Positions 32,902 through 35,561 of a stretch of 35,561 nt of DNA are shown piece after piece. The stretch lies in assembly GCA_002793885.1 (NCBI GenBank), contig PFEG01000041.1, forward strand, positions 1 to 35,561, read 5' to 3'. The DNA comes from Candidatus Saccharibacteria bacterium CG10_big_fil_rev_8_21_14_0_10_47_8 (GTDB lineage: Bacteria; Patescibacteriota; Saccharimonadia; Saccharimonadales; UBA10212). Position 1 is the stretch's first letter; each line of letters begins with the position of its first letter. A model generated the notes under the pieces. The model worked only from the letters and a program-made list of their open reading frames with translations, ran no database searches and had not been told where the DNA came from. The translations under genes and the position numbers were made by a program.

Positions 32902-33204
32902 ATGCAAGCAATTTGGAATAACAAAGTAATCGCCGAGGCAGACAAAAAAGACCTGATATATATTGAAGGTAACTGGTACTTTCCACCCGACGCAATTAAA
33001 AAAGAATTCCTCAAGCCTACGGATAAACACACCACCTGCTTCTGGAAGGGTCTGGCCAGCTATTACCAAGTCGACGTAGATGGCGAAGTTAATGAAGACG
33101 GAGCCTGGTACTACCCCGATCCTACGCCCAGTGCTATTGATAAAGTTAAGAAAGATTTCACGGATTATGTTGCCTTTTGGCACGGCGTGGAAGTTAAAGA
33201 GTAG
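32902..33204 (+). CDS. DUF427 domain protein (paralog 2)
   Basis: IAEADK...IEGNWYFPP...CFWKGLASYY...AWYYPDP...YVAF. About half of the positions are identical to paralog 1 by hand alignment. Confidence 0.75.
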   Translation: MQAIWNNKVIAEADKKDLIYIEGNWYFPPDAIKKEFLKPTDKHTTCFWKGLASYYQVDVDGEVNEDGAWYYPDPTPSAIDKVKKDFTDYVAFWHGVEVKE

Positions 33205-33213
33205 ACTATAAAT

Positions 33214-35550
33214 ATGAACACAAAGATTGATGCCGAACATAACATTCCTACGATATTGGTTGTATTCGGTGCAACTGGCGATCTGATGGCGCGCAAGCTG
33301 GCACCAGCATTGTTAAAACTATATGAGCGGAATCTCTGCCCTGATAAGTTCGCAGTCGTAGGCTTTGCCAGGCGCGACTTGGGTGACGAAGGCTTTCGCG
33401 CCCATGTAGATAAAACCCTGAGGGCGTACCCTGCTAAGCCAGGAACATACGATAAATTTCAGCAAATTCTAAACTACCTTCGTGGTGATTTTAACGAAGC
33501 AGATGCCTATAAAAAGCTTAGCCAAAAGCTAAAGTCTATTGACGACCAGTGGGGCGTCTGTACCAATAAGCTGTTTTATCTGGCTGTGCCACCGGAGAAT
33601 TACGAATCAATCTTTACGAATTTAGCTAAATCAGGACTAACTGAGCCATGCGGAGGCGATGACGGTTGGACCAGAGTTTTAGTTGAAAAACCCTTCGGCA
33701 AGGACCTTGACCAGGCAATCAAGCTAGATAAGCTGCTCGGAACATTGTTCGAGGAAGAGCAAATCTATCGGATCGATCATTACCTGGCAAAAGAGGCCAT
33801 TCAGAACATCCTGGCCTTCCGATTCGCTAATAATTTCCTTGAAGCATCATGGGATAGTAGTGGCATTGAGAAAATTGAGATCAAATTGCTGGAAGCTATT
33901 GATATTGAAGGCCGTGGCGGGTTTTATGACAGCGTCGGCGCACTGCTGGATGTAGGCCAAAATCACCTTCTGCAAATGCTAGCGCTGGTGACAATGGATA
34001 ATCCTATTGATTTAACGTCTGATCATATCCGTGACAAGCGAGCGGAGATTATCGAATCTATTGAGCCTATCAAAGACCCATTGGCCAACACTTCCCGGGC
34101 TCAATATGCGGGATATACTTCTGAAGACAACGTTGATTCTAACTCTGTCACGGAAACGTATTTTAAAATCCAAACTAGCCTTAAGCACCCCTCGTGGCAA
34201 GGCGTCCCGATCATACTGGAAGCTGGTAAAAAGTTGCCTAAAGCCGACAAGCAGATAATCATCACCTATCGGCATCCTTCGCCTTGTCTCTGCCCGGGTG
34301 ATGTTCATTACAAGAATCAGCTGTACGTCCACATTCAGCCCGATCCGGGCATCGCGATTAGGTTCTGGTCAAGGAAGCCAGGAACCAAGGATGAGCTGGA
34401 GGAGCAGTGGTTAAAATTTGATTACCCTCTGGGCGAGACGGCTCGCTACACAGAAGAGTATACCCAGTTACTACTTGACGCCATTGCTGGCGATCAAACC
34501 TTGTTTGTCTCCAGCCGCGAAACCATGGCCAGTTGGCGTTTTATTGACCCAATTGAACGGTCCTGGCGAGCTAGCGCCGAGAACCTGTTGCGCTATTCCA
34601 GCGACAAGCCTTTGCCGGACGTACAGCCGGAACACTCAACTCTAGATATAAAGAAGGAGATCGGTGTCGTGGGCTTAGGCAAGATGGGCTATAACCTAGG
34701 CCTTCGACTTAGCGAAAAGGGCTGGAAGGTGCTGGGATTTGACACCAAGCCACCAACCCAAAACCAATTGCTCACAGTAGCTTCCTACCAGGAACTGGTT
34801 CGCAAACTGAGAGGACCACGACTGATTTGGCTAATGGTACCTTCAACTGTTGTTGACGATGCATTATTTGGCAAAGATGGATTGAGTGATATTTTGGAGC
34901 CGGGCGATATCATCATCGACGGTGGCAATTCTCACTATAAAGAATCGCAAAAAAGAGCCAAAAAATTGGCAACCAGTGGTATCGAGTTTATTGATGTCGG
35001 AGTTTCTGGCGGACCAAATGGTGCCAGAACCGGCGCATCGCTAATGATTGGTGGAAAACAAGAATTGTTTGAACAGTGGGAGCCGCTATTTGCTGATTTA
35101 AGCGTTGAAAATGGCTACAAATTCTTCGCGGGATCGGGTGCCGGTCATTTCGTTAAAATGATCCATAATGGGATAGAGTACGGCATGATGCAGGCCATCG
35201 CTGAGGGATTTACAGTGCTTAAAACAGCCAAGTTTGACCTCAAATTGGTGGATATTGCTAGTATCTACAACCACGGCAGTGTAATTGAATCCCGCTTGAT
35301 AGCCTGGCTGGAACAAGCATTCAGAGTTCATGGGGAAGGACTCGACACGGTCAGCGGCAGTGTTGGCCATACTGGCGAAGGTGAATGGACTATAGGGGCC
35401 GCCAAGCAATTTGGTATCAAAGCTAAATTCATAGAAGAAGCTCTAAATTTCCGCAAGGCCTCTGAATCTAATCCTAGTTACACCGGACAGATACTTTCGG
35501 CTATGCGTGAGCAGTTCGGAGGCCATACGGTTAAAGTGAGCAAAAAATAA
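33214..35550 (+). CDS. zwf/gnd: Fusion protein: glucose-6-phosphate dehydrogenase (N) + 6-phosphogluconate dehydrogenase, short YqeC/GndA-like type (C)
   Basis: Zwf motifs are VVFGATGDLMARKLAPAL, EKPFGKDL and RIDHYLAKE. From residue 483 (nt 34660) a Gnd-like Rossmann motif IGVVGLGKMG begins, followed by GAGHFVKMIHNGIEYGMMQAIAEGF. This is a single uninterrupted 778-aa ORF. Confidence 0.9.
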   Translation: MNTKIDAEHNIPTILVVFGATGDLMARKLAPALLKLYERNLCPDKFAVVGFARRDLGDEGFRAHVDKTLRAYPAKPGTYDKFQQILNYLRGDFNEADAYKKLSQKLKSIDDQWGVCTNKLFYLAVPPENYESIFTNLAKSGLTEPCGGDDGWTRVLVEKPFGKDLDQAIKLDKLLGTLFEEEQIYRIDHYLAKEAIQNILAFRFANNFLEASWDSSGIEKIEIKLLEAIDIEGRGGFYDSVGALLDVGQNHLLQMLALVTMDNPIDLTSDHIRDKRAEIIESIEPIKDPLANTSRAQYAGYTSEDNVDSNSVTETYFKIQTSLKHPSWQGVPIILEAGKKLPKADKQIIITYRHPSPCLCPGDVHYKNQLYVHIQPDPGIAIRFWSRKPGTKDELEEQWLKFDYPLGETARYTEEYTQLLLDAIAGDQTLFVSSRETMASWRFIDPIERSWRASAENLLRYSSDKPLPDVQPEHSTLDIKKEIGVVGLGKMGYNLGLRLSEKGWKVLGFDTKPPTQNQLLTVASYQELVRKLRGPRLIWLMVPSTVVDDALFGKDGLSDILEPGDIIIDGGNSHYKESQKRAKKLATSGIEFIDVGVSGGPNGARTGASLMIGGKQELFEQWEPLFADLSVENGYKFFAGSGAGHFVKMIHNGIEYGMMQAIAEGFTVLKTAKFDLKLVDIASIYNHGSVIESRLIAWLEQAFRVHGEGLDTVSGSVGHTGEGEWTIGAAKQFGIKAKFIEEALNFRKASESNPSYTGQILSAMREQFGGHTVKVSKK

Positions 35551-35561
35551 TGAATACTATA

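Noticed and set aside
27678-35561. The redox island as a mobile genomic island integrated at tRNA-Gln.
   Set aside because: No integrase, transposase or clear att duplication of the tRNA-Gln 3' end was found in the window. Only circumstantial signs exist (tRNA adjacency, tRNA-like remnant, short repeats, apparent composition shift), so mobility is not claimed.

Overview
The window reads as a compact, gene-dense bacterial chromosome segment. Gene content and style (extended ribosomal proteins, split housekeeping clusters, many tiny gaps) suggest a reduced-genome Patescibacteria/CPR-like organism; that placement is inference only. Three parts are visible. (1) 1-4.9 kb holds tyrS followed by a strand-alternating, visibly AT-richer mosaic of divergent enzyme-like genes, ending in an SRA-HNH (type IV restriction-like) nuclease. 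(2) 5-27.7 kb is a housekeeping core: secE-nusG-rplK-rplA-rplJ-rplL, dnaX, dnaB, ybaB, recR, a DHH phosphoesterase, cysS, then a minus-strand envelope block (AI-2E transporter, two GT4 glycosyltransferases, a hydrolase). The ribosomal cluster is interrupted by a small ORF and by a dCTP deaminase plus a Tmk-ThyX-like fusion, and is not followed by rpoBC. (3) After tRNA-Gln(UUG), 28.2-35.5 kb holds a co-directional thiol/disulfide-NADPH island: a DsbA-like gene, a novel 4-TM CxxC protein, ArsR, Grx-like, DUF427 x2, an anchored thioredoxin, a CcdA-DUF3179 fusion and a Zwf-Gnd fusion. An identical 19-nt palindromic operator sits in two of its promoters. This island is my best candidate for an undescribed system. 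Other items are a MITE-like element with 9-bp direct repeats, two related AT-rich intergenic elements, a structured RNA candidate upstream of dnaX, and an in-frame A AAA AAG heptamer in dnaX. No rRNA, CRISPR array, integrase or transposase was seen.
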